From assembly GCF_006345805.1 (NCBI RefSeq), contig NC_043001.1, positions 62,372,001-62,436,000 on the forward strand: a DNA stretch of 64,000 nt. The letters run 5' to 3'. Positions 53,038 to 64,000 of this stretch are shown piece by piece. Below the pieces are notes generated by a model. That model ran no database searches. It saw nothing but the letters and a program-made list of their open reading frames with translations, and was not told where the DNA came from. How positions within the stretch are numbered: the stretch's first letter is position 1; every line of letters starts with the position of its first letter. The DNA is from Octopus sinensis. Lineage: Eukaryota. Position numbers and translations under genes: made by a program.

Positions 53038-54301
53038 CTGCAAAATAGAGAAGAGATTAAATGAGAGAAAATAAAGGGAAATGCATGAGTTGATGATTAA
53101 GTGAGTGCAAGTGTTCTTTCACATCAAAGTTATGTTGTAAAAACCAAAAATATTGTTATGTATCACAAAATTAGATATGTAATCCAAATCCACTATGGAA
53201 CTCGCCTCATACTTAAAGATATCCATGGTGATGAGTGTCTGCATGTGGAGAGTTTTCATGTGAATAGACATTAGTCATCACTATGCAAACTATTATAAGA
53301 GCTAGAGTATGAACCTAATGGCAAAGCTCTCACAGAAGTTGAACTTGGTACTAGAAGCTAATGAAACAACTCAATTTTACTGTTTGCATTAGTGAAGTGT
53401 TTCTAGTTTGTAGCATCATTTTTACAGTCAGGCAGAGCTACTTAAGATCAGTGTACTTTAAAGAAACAGAGCAGTGCCATGGACAGGATATGAACAACTT
53501 ATCCCTTAGCTGGTTGTTTCATAACCGAGTGACTTAACCATCCATGATTTCACTCTAATCTAATGTAATATGTAGGAATGCGACATTCTTGAGAACTTGG
53601 AATTATCATGCTGAAATAAGAAAAACACCTCACAGATCAAGAATGATTTCCAGTTTATTTTATCTTCCCTTATTTCAGTACATTTTTCTAATTCCTCTTC
53701 TATAGAGATAAATACTGGTTCTAGTTCAGGTACACAACAGCCATTGATAGATAAATATTTCTATAGTTTCACTTAAAGTTTATTCTATTCCACTTCACCT
53801 TGTTTCTAAAACAAAATCACAAGCCTTTCTCAGTAGTAATCTGATTAGAAAGCTGTTAGAACAGCATTTCATTAAGATAATATCTTTTTCACTATACTAT
53901 CCTTATAAAATTTTAGTTTGTCATTCCTTATAGTAAGTGTATAACAATCAGTTCATTATACTACCACTATAATATCTATATAGTAGCTCAGTAAAATTAA
54001 AATGTTAATCTAGGATTTGAAATTGATTTGAAAGATGATACTGAATTTATAAATAAACACAAATAGACAAACATACAAACACACACACATTGACTGACAT
54101 AGGCGATTTTCATTCAAGGAATGCAATAAAAAATATACACATTAATCAAGCAATTTTTATATCCAACTTAGTGTGGATGTCTTGTTAGAATGCTGAATAC
54201 TGCAGTGTTAACCTTGAGATGTCCTCTCATATAGACAAATGGTATATAAAACTACAGACATATATCATAGATGAGAATCATCTGTTAAGGTCACTGGTAC
54301 T

Positions 54302-54343
54302 GCCACATCATGTGATTTCAGTGTACTGCCCTTCTTCAGTGAT
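54302..54343 (-). ncRNA. Degenerate minimal hammerhead motif
   Basis: AUCA CUGAAGA AGGG CAGUA CACU GAAA UCACAUGA UG UGGC; position 17 is G. Confidence 0.55.
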
Positions 54344-54630
54344 AGGCATCCAGTGATCGCATACCAGCCAAATTTCACTATCACAATATATAGGATAGTG
54401 TCTTTTCAGCTGTTGATGTTGCAAATAGTCAGCAGGCTTATTAAAAAATATATATATATAAGTGATGGAAACAAGGCAATCTTTATATCTAACTTAATGT
54501 GAATGCTCTGTTACAATGCCAAATACTGTGATATTCACTTTGAGAAGTCCTCTCATATAGATGCATAATGCATAAAAGCACAGTCATATATCATATCAGA
54601 CAAGAATTATCTGGTATAGGTGCTAGAACT

Positions 54631-54672
54631 GTCACATCACATAATTTCAGTGTATTTCACTTCTTCAGTGGC
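54631..54672 (-). ncRNA. Degenerate minimal hammerhead motif
   Basis: GCCA CUGAAGA AGUG AAAUA CACU GAAA UUAUGUGA UG UGAC; position 17 is G. Confidence 0.6.
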
Positions 54673-54747
54673 ATCCAGTAACTACACACCAGCTAAATCA
54701 CGCTACCATAATATATAGGATATCAGTGTTGTTTCAGTCACTGATGT

Positions 54748-54790
54748 TGCACTGAAGAAGTACAGTAACACTGAAATCATGTGATCTGGC
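54748..54790 (+). ncRNA. Minimal hammerhead motif with AUC site and truncated stem I
   Basis: CA CUGAAGA AGU ACAGUAAC ACU GAAA UCAUGUGA UC^UGGC. Confidence 0.6.
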
Positions 54791-55230
54791 TGTTTTGGCA
54801 CCCATTCCAGAAGAATCTCGTTTGCTACAATATACCACAGTAATTAGTATTCTGACAAGACATCCATGTTAAGTGGAAAATAAAGATTGCCATTGGTTTT
54901 CATACTACTTCTGCCACAAAAGATTATTTTTAATAAGCCTGTTGGCTAACTGCGACATCAGTTGTTGTGACAGTGAAGTTTCGCTGATAATACTGCTTTC
55001 ATCACTGATAATAATTTTTTTATAAATACACCATATTGTATATGTATGATATATAGGTACATAGTGTTGTAATACACAAGATGTTTAAAATAATTTATAA
55101 TGAATATGATGTAATAAAAAGTGTTTATATTTTGTGTGTATGTGTATGTATATATACATATATATATAGATCAGTTGAATAAAGTTAAAACATAGTCTGG
55201 TTTTCACGTTTTTTATCATGGTATTTTAAC

Positions 55231-55268
55231 AAAATTAGCGCTTTCATACATGGTACTCATCAGTCTTC
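55231..55268 (-). ncRNA. Minimal hammerhead motif (first stem I pair mismatched)
   Basis: GAAGA CUGAUGA GUAC CAU GUAU GAAA GCGC UA^AUUUU; palindrome AGCGCU. Confidence 0.6.
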
Positions 55269-57423
55269 ACATTTGTTTATTTTTGAGTCGAGTTCTTGAC
55301 AACTTTAGTACCTCTTAAAATGCTTCAACCAGCTGAATTTTCAGAATACCATTTTGATCAATCCACATGCTCTTAAATATCATGGTTTGCCAGGCATACC
55401 GATATTCTGTAACATGTTTATATTTATTAATCCGCATCATTAAATGGTTGTTATATTATTGCTGTTATTTCCATTCAGGACAGATTTGAACATTTTAATA
55501 AACCATTTTTCTTTTATCTTTCTTCCAACCTCACTTATGTCTTGTAGTTTGTGGAAAGGTAAAATTAGAAACATTTCCTGACCACATGTCTCTATATGTT
55601 CACTCAATGGAATTTAGTGAACATTGGTGTTCCAATAATTCATTCCCTGTCTCATCTATATATAATTTCTTGCAATTTGGGCATTTAATACAGTAGATCA
55701 AATTTCTGATTTTGCAGTTCATAAGTGCATTTGCTAAAATCTGTCCATTTTTTTTCTAATGTATCTACCCATATGCATGTATTGACACATTCCAGATCTG
55801 TTATCATTACATTTGGATACTGTGAATGTGTTATTCCATTTGTTCATGTTGAATTTTACCTTTGTAATAGTTTCTTTAGGTTGTGAGGTTGGCTTTGGCT
55901 TAAGATAAGTGTTTAATTAGTTATTATGTTTTTTCATTTTTTTCTTTGTTTTATGATTGGCAAATTTGTTTTGATTAATGTGAAAAATGTTTCGGTGATG
56001 TGGATTGTGTGTTACTAGAAATGGTATTGTGTTCCTTTGAAGAGAACTATGATATGACCTTTAAAAGATGTATAGAGGACACATGGAAATATACCTCAAT
56101 GATTGTTTCTTAATTTGGACCAAATCCCTAGAAAATCTGGAAGAATTCAGCACCCTCCTCAATAATCTACTCTCTAGTCTTAAATTCACAAGAGAAATGA
56201 GCAACACACAATTACCATTTCTTGACATAATGGTAATTAAAACAACACCACAATCACAACTGATAGTTATTACAAAAGCACAGATACACACCAGTACCTA
56301 AATTTAAAATCATGCCACCCAACATAAACAAAACACAACATCCTGTACTGTCTTCCCAGGAAAATTTGTACTATAGTTGATGATCCAAATACCAGATATA
56401 ACATGACTTATAGAACTTAAAGGATTTCTGCTCAAGCAAAATTACCTTCTCCTACTTATAGAAAATAGCATACAGCAAGCAAAAGAGATACCTATAGAAC
56501 AACTTAGGGCAACACAGAAAAGACGAACCCATCAAAGGAACACAATACTATTTTTAGTAACACACAATCCACATCACCAAAACATTTTTAACATCATCAA
56601 AACAAATTTTAGCAATCATAAAGATTGAACCTGGTGCAGCTTTCTGACTCACCAGTCCTCAGTCAAACCATCCAACCCATGCCTGCATGGAAAGCAGACA
56701 TTAAATGGCAATGATGATAAAACAAAGTGAAAAATTAAAAAAAACATAATAACTAATTAAACACTTATCTTAAACAAAAGGCAACCACATAAACTACAGA
56801 AACTATTAACAAAGGCAAAATTCAACATGAACAAATGGGATAACACATTTGTGTAATGATAACAGATGTGGAATGTGTCAATACATGCATACAGGTAGAT
56901 ACATTAGAACAAAAAGTGGACAGATTTTAGCAAAGGCACTTATGAACTGCAAAGTAGAAATTTGATCTACTGTATTAAATGCCTGAATTGCGAAGAATTA
57001 TATATAGATGAGACAGGGAATGCATTATTGGAACACTCGTGAGTCCCAGACAACAAATCTGGAACATCATTGTTCGTCAAATTCCATTGAGCGAACATAT
57101 AGAGACATGTGGTCAGAAAATGTTTCTAATTTTACCTTTCCACAAACTACATGACACAAGTGAGGTTGGAAGAAAGATAAAAGAGAAACAGTTTATTAAA
57201 ATTTCAAACCTGTTCTGAATGGAAATAACAGCAATAATATAACAACCATTTAATGATGTGGATTAATAAACATAAACAAGTTGCAGAATATCGGTACGCC
57301 TGGCAAACTGTGAGTTTAAGAGCATGTGGATTGATCAAAAAGATATTCTAAAAATTCAGCTGGTTGGAGCATTCTAAGAGGTACTAAAGTTGTCAAGAAC
57401 TCAACTCTCAGTTAAATACATTT

Positions 57424-57463
57424 GAAATCTGATGAGTACACTATGTATGAAAGCATTAATTTT
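57424..57463 (+). ncRNA. Minimal hammerhead motif
   Basis: GAAAU CUGAUGA GUAC ACUAU GUAU GAAA GCAU UA^AUUUU; 5-bp stem I. Confidence 0.65.
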
Positions 57464-57569
57464 GTTAAAATACTATAACAAAAATCATGAAAACCAGACT
57501 ATGTTTTAACTTTATTCAACTGATTTATTATTCTAAACACATTCACACAAATTTGAAACACAATAGACA

Positions 57570-57760
57570 TAGTTCTATATTTAAGAGATTAGGAATTATG
57601 TACATTATTTACATTTGACAGATATTTGTCCTCATCTTGTTTGTTAACACGTTTCGGCTGATATACCCTCCAGCCTTCATCAGGTGTCTTGGGGAAATTT
57701 CAAACCTAGGTTCTCATTCTTAAGGTATTTTTTGATGTTATTAATATTATTCAGGTCAAA
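57570..57760 (-). repeat. PLE-type 3' repeat with hammerhead relic
   Basis: GACAC CUGAUGA A GGCUG GAGGGUAUAU CAGCC GAAAC GUGUU: stems I and II present, stem III and cleavage triplet missing. Confidence 0.6.
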
Positions 57761-57844
57761 TGTAAATAATGTACAATATGTGTGTGCATGCATGTGTGTG
57801 CGTGTGTGTATGTCTGAATGTATATATAACGTATTATACACTAC

Positions 57845-57986
57845 CTGTCACCAACCATAAGGGCTCTAGATGGATTAAGGCCATCACGTTTCTTGAGCAA
57901 CTCAATGATAACAGGATGTGGTTTGCCAATGACAACAGGATTAGTTTGTGAAGGGACTTTTACAGCAGAAACCATGGTACCTGTAC
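57845..57986 (-). CDS. PGP: Internal exon of a HAD class IIA phosphatase (PGP/PDXP-like)
   Basis: AG acceptor at 57987-57988 and GT donor at 57843-57844; GTGTMVSAVKVPSQTNPVVIGKPHPVIIELLKKRDGLNPSRALMVGDR contains HAD motifs III/IV. Confidence 0.92.
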
Positions 57987-58559
57987 CTTTCACAAAAATA
58001 AATAAATCATGGAAAATGAAACATTTAAATTGACAGTAAAGTATGTGATGTATAAATACAACTAATGGAGTGACATTTAGTAATGCAAATAACTTCATCT
58101 AAATACAAAGCTGATAAACCAACAATTTGTTGAACAACAATGATAATGAGCTCAAGTTATATTGAGGTAGAGTGTTTTAGATAGTTGGATAATCAGAAAC
58201 AGGGCAAAAATGTCAGATCATGTTTGTTACCCCAAAATACCAATCAAGAATACTGGTTGACAAGTAGATTATGTGACAGGACAACTATCTCACCCATATA
58301 ACATGAAAGCAGAACCAAATCATGAATGTTGCAAAGCAATAAAAGCTTGAAGTTCATTGTCTTCTTAAGATCACATTGATCATTACCTAATAGCAAAAGA
58401 TGGTGTAATTGTTTTAACAAGAAAAGGGCTTTTGCAACCAATACCTGCTGCAACATAACTTATTTCTATTTACTGTTTACTAAACTTGGAAGATAGACAC
58501 TAAATAAACAGGAAACAGCAACTCCTCAGCTGGAATATCAAGTGACTGTTTCCTACTGG

Positions 58560-59290
58560 TTTTTTATTGGTGTAAATAGTAAAATTTTTTGATGTGCCAT
58601 TCCATTAGACTGTGTTTCAGGTACTGCATTTTTATTGCTAGACCTGGACTATGTGCTGGGTGTGGTATCAGTTTGATTCCATCTACTTCTTGGGAGTTTA
58701 TTCTGGGTCGTTTGTGTGGTGTGAGGTCTTGTGTTGTCACTTCCTGTGAACCAATACTGGGTATTTTTGCCACAGCTGTTTAGAGTACAGGTTGATATTG
58801 ATGGTTTGTCCAGAACAAACTCATAGTGAATTATCCCCTCATTATTCCATCAGACAGAGAGCATCATCTTGTATTTGAAACACCTATATTTGGTGACAAT
58901 TTCTGAAAGCTGGCCCTTCTCTAACCATAGCTTAAGTATGTTAGGATTGTGGAAAAATAATGTCCTTGGATTATTACTTGTTCTGATCCATGGCTCACAA
59001 TATCCAAACAGTTTACAATTTAAATATACCACTTCAAAAAAGCTAACTTTCTAAAGGGCAAGAATTATAATTTTCAGTCTTCGAAGTCCACTACTAATGT
59101 AGTCCACTACTTCGAAGTCCACTCCATCATCATTCATAGGATAAATAGTGGACTGGATAACAGTACTGATGCTCAGACTATTTCTGTAAGCATTTTTCAA
59201 GCATGTGTCAAATAATAGCAAAGAGGATAACTTCATAAACAGACCAGCTTTGGCATATCTGGTAAGAATCATTTCAACCATCACTTAAGT
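58560..59290 (-). mobile_element. Mariner transposase relic
   Basis: MLSV.WNNEGIIHYEF and LIPHPAHSPGLA (YSPDLAP-like) motifs. Confidence 0.7.
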
Positions 59291-60199
59291 TCAAATGAGA
59301 AAAATATCTAAAAGCTTCTGTCAATAGTCAGTCTTCTGACAATTATGAAATTAATGCCCTTAGGCATTTGTTCCAGGAATTAAGCTCTTCCTGCTGTTTA
59401 TAATGATATACTTGAGAAAGAGACATGCTGACATATTTCCTGAAGATATGATACTTTACAGTTTCAACTTAGAGGACAAACCTAGAAGCTAATATTTTCA
59501 GTGACATCATGAATTCCTGACTTTTCCCCAATTTTGGTGGATAGGACTGTTTTGATGGAAGTTTTTTATCTGGTTAAACTCTTAAATCTTTAATTCACAA
59601 TTGATTTGAAATGGAACCCCTAAATTAAGTCCATTGCCAGAGTGGCAGCTAGAATGGTTCTACTATTCAACGTTTTTAACACCTTTGGCTTTATTGTATC
59701 TCTCTAAGAGATCAGAGATGCTCCAAAATAGAATACTGCTCACACATTTAGGTAGGTTCCTCCAAATGTATTGGTTACTTTTATATGAGTACAGAATTGA
59801 ATGTGTGTCTAGTTGGTGATGAGCTCTTTTCATCACTAATAATGTCTATGTAATGTTACCAGCTTACCAGTAGAGAACCACTGTTACTTCTGCAGTAGGT
59901 GTTTAGATGCATGTCATTACTTGGTCTTGCAAGTTTCAAAATTTACCATAAGAACTCAACCTAGCAAATTTAACAAATCACAACAGTGTTTCTTGGATGT
60001 CTTATGGACATGAAGCAATTTCCATGCACAAAGTTTTCCCCTAAGAACAGATGATTGTGGAATAAACTCTCCTCTTATTGTTTTCCTGTAGAATATGTCC
60101 TTGATCTCTTTAAACTTAAGGATAACAAGTGCCTTGCTTAATACTGTTTTCTTCATTTTAGTACTTCTATAGGTTATTTTATTACCATCTTATTTGATT

Positions 60200-60465
60200 C
60201 ATTTTATTTGGAGTAAAGATTGTTTGCCAACATAACACGGTAGCCCTGGTTTAGGACGAATGTTGCTGTAATCTAGCCCCAGGAGTATGAACCTAATGGC
60301 AAAGCTCTCATCGTCTCCAGCTGGCTATACGACACAATCTGTGTCTTTGCATTTTCGAACAAGGGAATCTAGCACCCCCACTCAGCTCAAAAGAATATAT
60401 GTGTATCATGATTTCTGGGTTATTTCCCTTCATCAGCACAGAATAATTGTTTGGTTAGAGGTGAA
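60200..60465 (-). repeat. HHR-bearing repeat unit (inverted copy of 63120-63335)
   Basis: UGUG CUGAUGA AGGG AAAUAA CCCA GAAA UCAUGA UA^CACA at 60400-60440; A-A mismatch at the base of stem II. Confidence 0.8.
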
Positions 60466-60639
60466 TTTTTTATTAAGATAATTATTATCGTACACAGAGG
60501 GAACAAAACAGGACAATACAAACAATTATTGTTATAATGAGTTCGAATGATACTTGAATTTTTAAAATTTAGGATGATATATAATTTGACTTTTTTGGGT
60601 AAAACTTGATGAGCTGAAAAGCCCAGCAACTACACCTTT

Positions 60640-62802
60640 TTCTTTTTCCATGAAGATTAAGCAGGTCACTTGCACCCACCTTTCTTACCACAGCCTTCCC
60701 TCTTTTGTCAAACACACCTCGTGACAGTTGTCTCCTCTCCAGCCTTATCTTGCTCTTCAGATGATATCTGAAAAAGGTGAGCAATCCGGTGCCAGAAATG
60801 AAGGTTCCTGTTACGAGTCCTTGCAGTCTAGTCTTCCAAACACTCTTTCAACACTGCCACTGTAAGGAAAAAAACATGCCTCAACTTCCTTCGAGAGTCT
60901 GGTGGGCGGCACAATCTTTATTTTAAGATTCAGCTGATAGCTGTACTCTGCCTAGGTGTGACAACATGTGTTCAATGTAAACTATCAAACCTAAAAGTTT
61001 CCGACAGTGTATAAAAGCATAGTTTCATCATCCAGCCCACATCTTGGACATGTCAGTGGCACTGACATTCTGTGCCTGGATAACTTATCACGAACAGGTA
61101 AAGCGTTCCTGTAGCACTGCGAGGTCAGGGATTTTTGGTAATTATCCAAATACCCCATCCCAAAAGTCTTTTGGAACAGGTTGGTAAGTTGGTTCTCATC
61201 GAACCCCAGAGCCCCTCCAGGGACATCATCATTTTTAAACTCTACGAGCCCTCTAGACAAAACCGAGGTGGTATTACCACTGCTGGCCTTGCCCATCTGG
61301 TGGATCGCACGAGTGCCTGTTGATACTCCTTTTGCCATTCTGACAGATTGCATCTTTTAATAAAACCGGGTTTGAATCTCTCCAAAGAGGCTGGTCGCAG
61401 GAAGAATTCCTCTGCCAGCGGATTCCACACCTTGTCACCCTCCAGATAGCACCAGACATGTCTCAGCCTCAACGCATGTTTGCGCATCATAAGCCAGAGC
61501 ATCCCTAACTCACCTTGTAGTGGTTCCCGGCAGCAGATGGAGCACCTTACAAGTGGCTTTCCTCCCTTCCACAAAAAGCGGAAAAGGAGGCACTCCAACT
61601 TGTTTAGCCACAAGTCAGGGCAAGGGACAACAGTTAGGTGGTAGGTGATTACAGATGTAATAAACACCTGTACCACCTCCGCCCTTCCTTTCAGGGATAG
61701 AGCCTGTCCGAACTAGAGCTTCCACCCTGTCTGCCACCTTGCTCCAATTCTTCTCCGTTTGGGAGTTCAGTCCAAACCAAACTCCAAGCAATTTAACAGG
61801 ACCATCTGTCCAGTGACCCACGACACTGGATGATACCAGCTTGCTCCACCAGCTGCCAAGGCGCAAACCAATGGACCTGTCTTTGTTAACTTTTGCTCCT
61901 GCCACCACCTCGTATCCTTTGATAGCATCCTCTACACAAGGTTGCTGAGCCTCATTGGACACGATGATGGTGATGTTATCCACATAAGCAGAAACTGACT
62001 TACCACATTCTATTTCATTGGGGGTGCATCCCAAATTCTCCAACTTCCTCAGTAAAAGCTCAAGAGCCAAAATGTACAGGAGCGGGGACAGGGGACACCT
62101 TTAACAAACTGAGCGCTTGATCAAAAATGGCTCCGACAGGTAGCCGCTTATCTGGACGGTGGATTGGATGCTGCTATACATTGCGGAGATCCACCTATGG
62201 AAGTCCGGGGCCCAGCCCAGCCACTTTGAGAACTGCTGCCAAGTACTGGTGGTCTACCCTATCAAACGCTTTACTTTGGTCTAAATGGACCAGTGCCCCA
62301 CCTTTGCCGGTTAATTTACACACCCTGTCTAAGGTGTAGCGTATAAGGTGAAGATTGCCCTAGATCGACCTGCCCGGAATGGCGCATGTCTGCACCTTCC
62401 CTACAAGCTTCTCCACAACATGCGTCAACCTTTTTGCTAATATCTTGGCCAAAATCTTTAACTCTACATTCAGTCGAGTTATGGACCTGTAATTACTTAT
62501 ACTGTCCCCCTTGCTTGGGTCCTTCTGTATCAGCATCACCAGAGCATCACAGAGCTGGGAATCCTCCCATTCTGTTGCCAGTTTGTGTTGACGCCTGCCA
62601 GTAGGTCTCCGTACAAGTCCGGCATACTACGATAAAACTCATAGGGTAGACCATCCAGCCCTGGCGACTTGTCCCTAACGCACTCAGCCAACACCTCTTT
62701 TACCTCCACAGGTGTAATTGGTCCTTCACAGCATTCTACCTCATGTGCCGAGAGTCGCAGCCCACCAGTGAGGAAGCTCTTCAGGGCCTCCTTACACTCC
62801 AC
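60640..62802 (-). mobile_element. Tx1/L1-clade LINE, 5' truncated ORF2 remnant
   Basis: KSPGLDGLPYEFY, SAYVDNITI, FRFLWKG, LPVRDKL...CPRCG..ET. Confidence 0.88.
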
Positions 62803-62804
62803 TC

Positions 62805-63385
62805 AAAACAATATCTGTGTATCATGAATTCCAGGTTATTTCCCGTCATAGCTGAACAATTATTCTGTGCTGATGAAGGGAAATAACCTGAAAATCGCGA
62901 TAACAGATCATGTCGTATAGCCAGTTGGGGATGATGTCTTCTGGGGCCAAATTACAGCAACATTTGTCTAAAACCAGGACTGCCATGTTATGTTGGCAAA
63001 TCCAAAGTACTGTTGCTGAATATCACTCATTGTGAGATTTAAAAACAGTAATTTTCTAATTTATAGATCAGTGACTAGTTGTCACTTTGAAAACTATATA
63101 TTTCGAGTGGGATTTTGGCAGCACCACCTCTAGCCAAACAATTATTCTGTGCTGATGAAGGGAAATGACCCTGAAATCGCGATACACAGATATTGTTCTG
63201 AGCTGAGTGGGGGTGCTAGATTCCCTTGTTCGATAATACAAGGACACACGATGTCTCCTAGGGCTAAATTACAGCAGCAGTTGTCCTAAACCAGGACTGC
63301 CATGTTATGTTGGCAAACAATCTTTACTCCAAAAGTACTGTTGCTGAATATCTCTCGTTGTGAGATCTAAAAATAGTAATTCACA
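62805..63385 (+). repeat. Retrozyme-like HHR tandem array (partial inverted unit plus two direct units, 282-bp period)
   Basis: CTGATGA at 62870 and 63152; the units share GGACTGCCATGTTATGTTGGCAAA...AGTACTGTTGCTGAATATC. Confidence 0.8.
63146..63190 (+). ncRNA. Intact minimal type I hammerhead ribozyme
   Basis: UCUGUG CUGAUGA AGGG AAAUGA CCCU GAAA UCGCGA UA^CACAGA: 6-bp stem I, 4-bp stem II, palindromic stem III AUCGCGAU. Confidence 0.85.
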
Positions 63386-63979
63386 TTTTATTTGCTCCTG
63401 TATTGCCTTTATCATCTCATTGTATTTCATTTAAAGTTTTTACTGTTTTATTGCCATATTCTATTTACTTCTTAAAAATGTATATAAAGTTTTTGTTGCA
63501 TTGATCCTATATCCTCTTCTCCAAAACTGGTGCCTAGAAGAGGCCTATAGGCCTTGCTTGGAATAATTTTGAGCAGAAAAATCTTTAGATAAAAGGGTTG
63601 TCAAAAGATTAGATGAAGTAACAAAGAAGGAATGAACCAGTAGGAGTCAGTAATACTTCTTTTCATTGATTAGACAAAAGAAAAAATTATTTCCCTTAGT
63701 AATGAAAAACTAAATTTGGAATACTGAGAAGTCCATTGTTCCTAAAATGATCAGCTAATCTGTTTGCATTAGTTGATACACTCACTTAATGACATCCAGG
63801 ACAAAGACGCTCAAACTGAAACTATAGACATTTTTCACACCGCCAAACCCAAATATTACCCAGCCATCATCATTTCTGTCACAAACAAATTGTCTGACTA
63901 AGGGAAACTCATTCAGATCTTAATGCAGAAAATTCTTACTGCCCTATATCCTCTGCCATTTCAAATGACAGCAACTCAC

Positions 63980-64000
63980 CTGAGATGATAAAATGTATGA
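63980..64000 (-). CDS. PGP: Probable upstream exon end of the PGP-like gene (runs off the window)
   Basis: CAG|GTGAGT donor; phase-1 end gives ...IHFIISG|TGTMV, resembling the FIAGTG motif of PGP family proteins; only 21 nt visible. Confidence 0.55.

Larger units (their letters stand above)
54120..54990. repeat. HHR-bearing tandem repeat: two minus units (329-bp period) and one inverted unit
   Basis: CUGAAGA cores at 54333-54339 (-), 54662-54668 (-) and 54752-54758 (+). Confidence 0.75.
55160..57530 (+). mobile_element. 5'-truncated Penelope-like element with ~0.9-kb inverted pseudo-LTR
   Basis: RT piece (IYLNDCFLIW, LPFLDI, TDTHQYL) 56060-56660; GIY-YIG (NLIYCIKC) ~56940-57220; 55160-56060 is an inverted copy of 56670-57525. 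Confidence 0.85.

Noticed and set aside
63786-63870. Possible extra exon ending at a GTGAGT donor on minus
   Set aside because: The only open frame (DRNDDGWVIFGFGG...) shows no resemblance to HAD IIA phosphatases and its phase does not fit exon 57845-57986.

Overview
Repeat-dominated eukaryotic genomic DNA. The SINE and RTE-tail families look like those I recall from octopus/cephalopod genomes; this is recognition, not a database result. The only host gene seen is the 3' part of a minus-strand HAD class IIA phosphatase (PGP/PDXP-like): two clear exons (57845-57986, 52860-53037) and a probable partial exon at the window edge (63980-64000). The rest is nested mobile DNA: a young CsRn1-lineage Ty3/Gypsy element (2942-9858) with tRNA-Trp PBS, CHCC gag, a -1 frameshift signal and a solo LTR in gag; an RTE LINE with a 5' inversion and 12-bp TSD; and older Gypsy, CR1, Tx1, Merlin, pogo and mariner relics plus several Penelope-like elements (PLEs). 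The most notable signal is about a dozen minimal type I hammerhead ribozyme (HHR) motifs from five repeat families. They include two retrozyme-like tandem arrays (282 and 329 bp periods) and an inverted PLE inside the phosphatase introns, and a PLE pseudo-LTR HHR with an ~86-nt stem II. All coordinates were counted by hand; edges of degenerate repeats are approximate.
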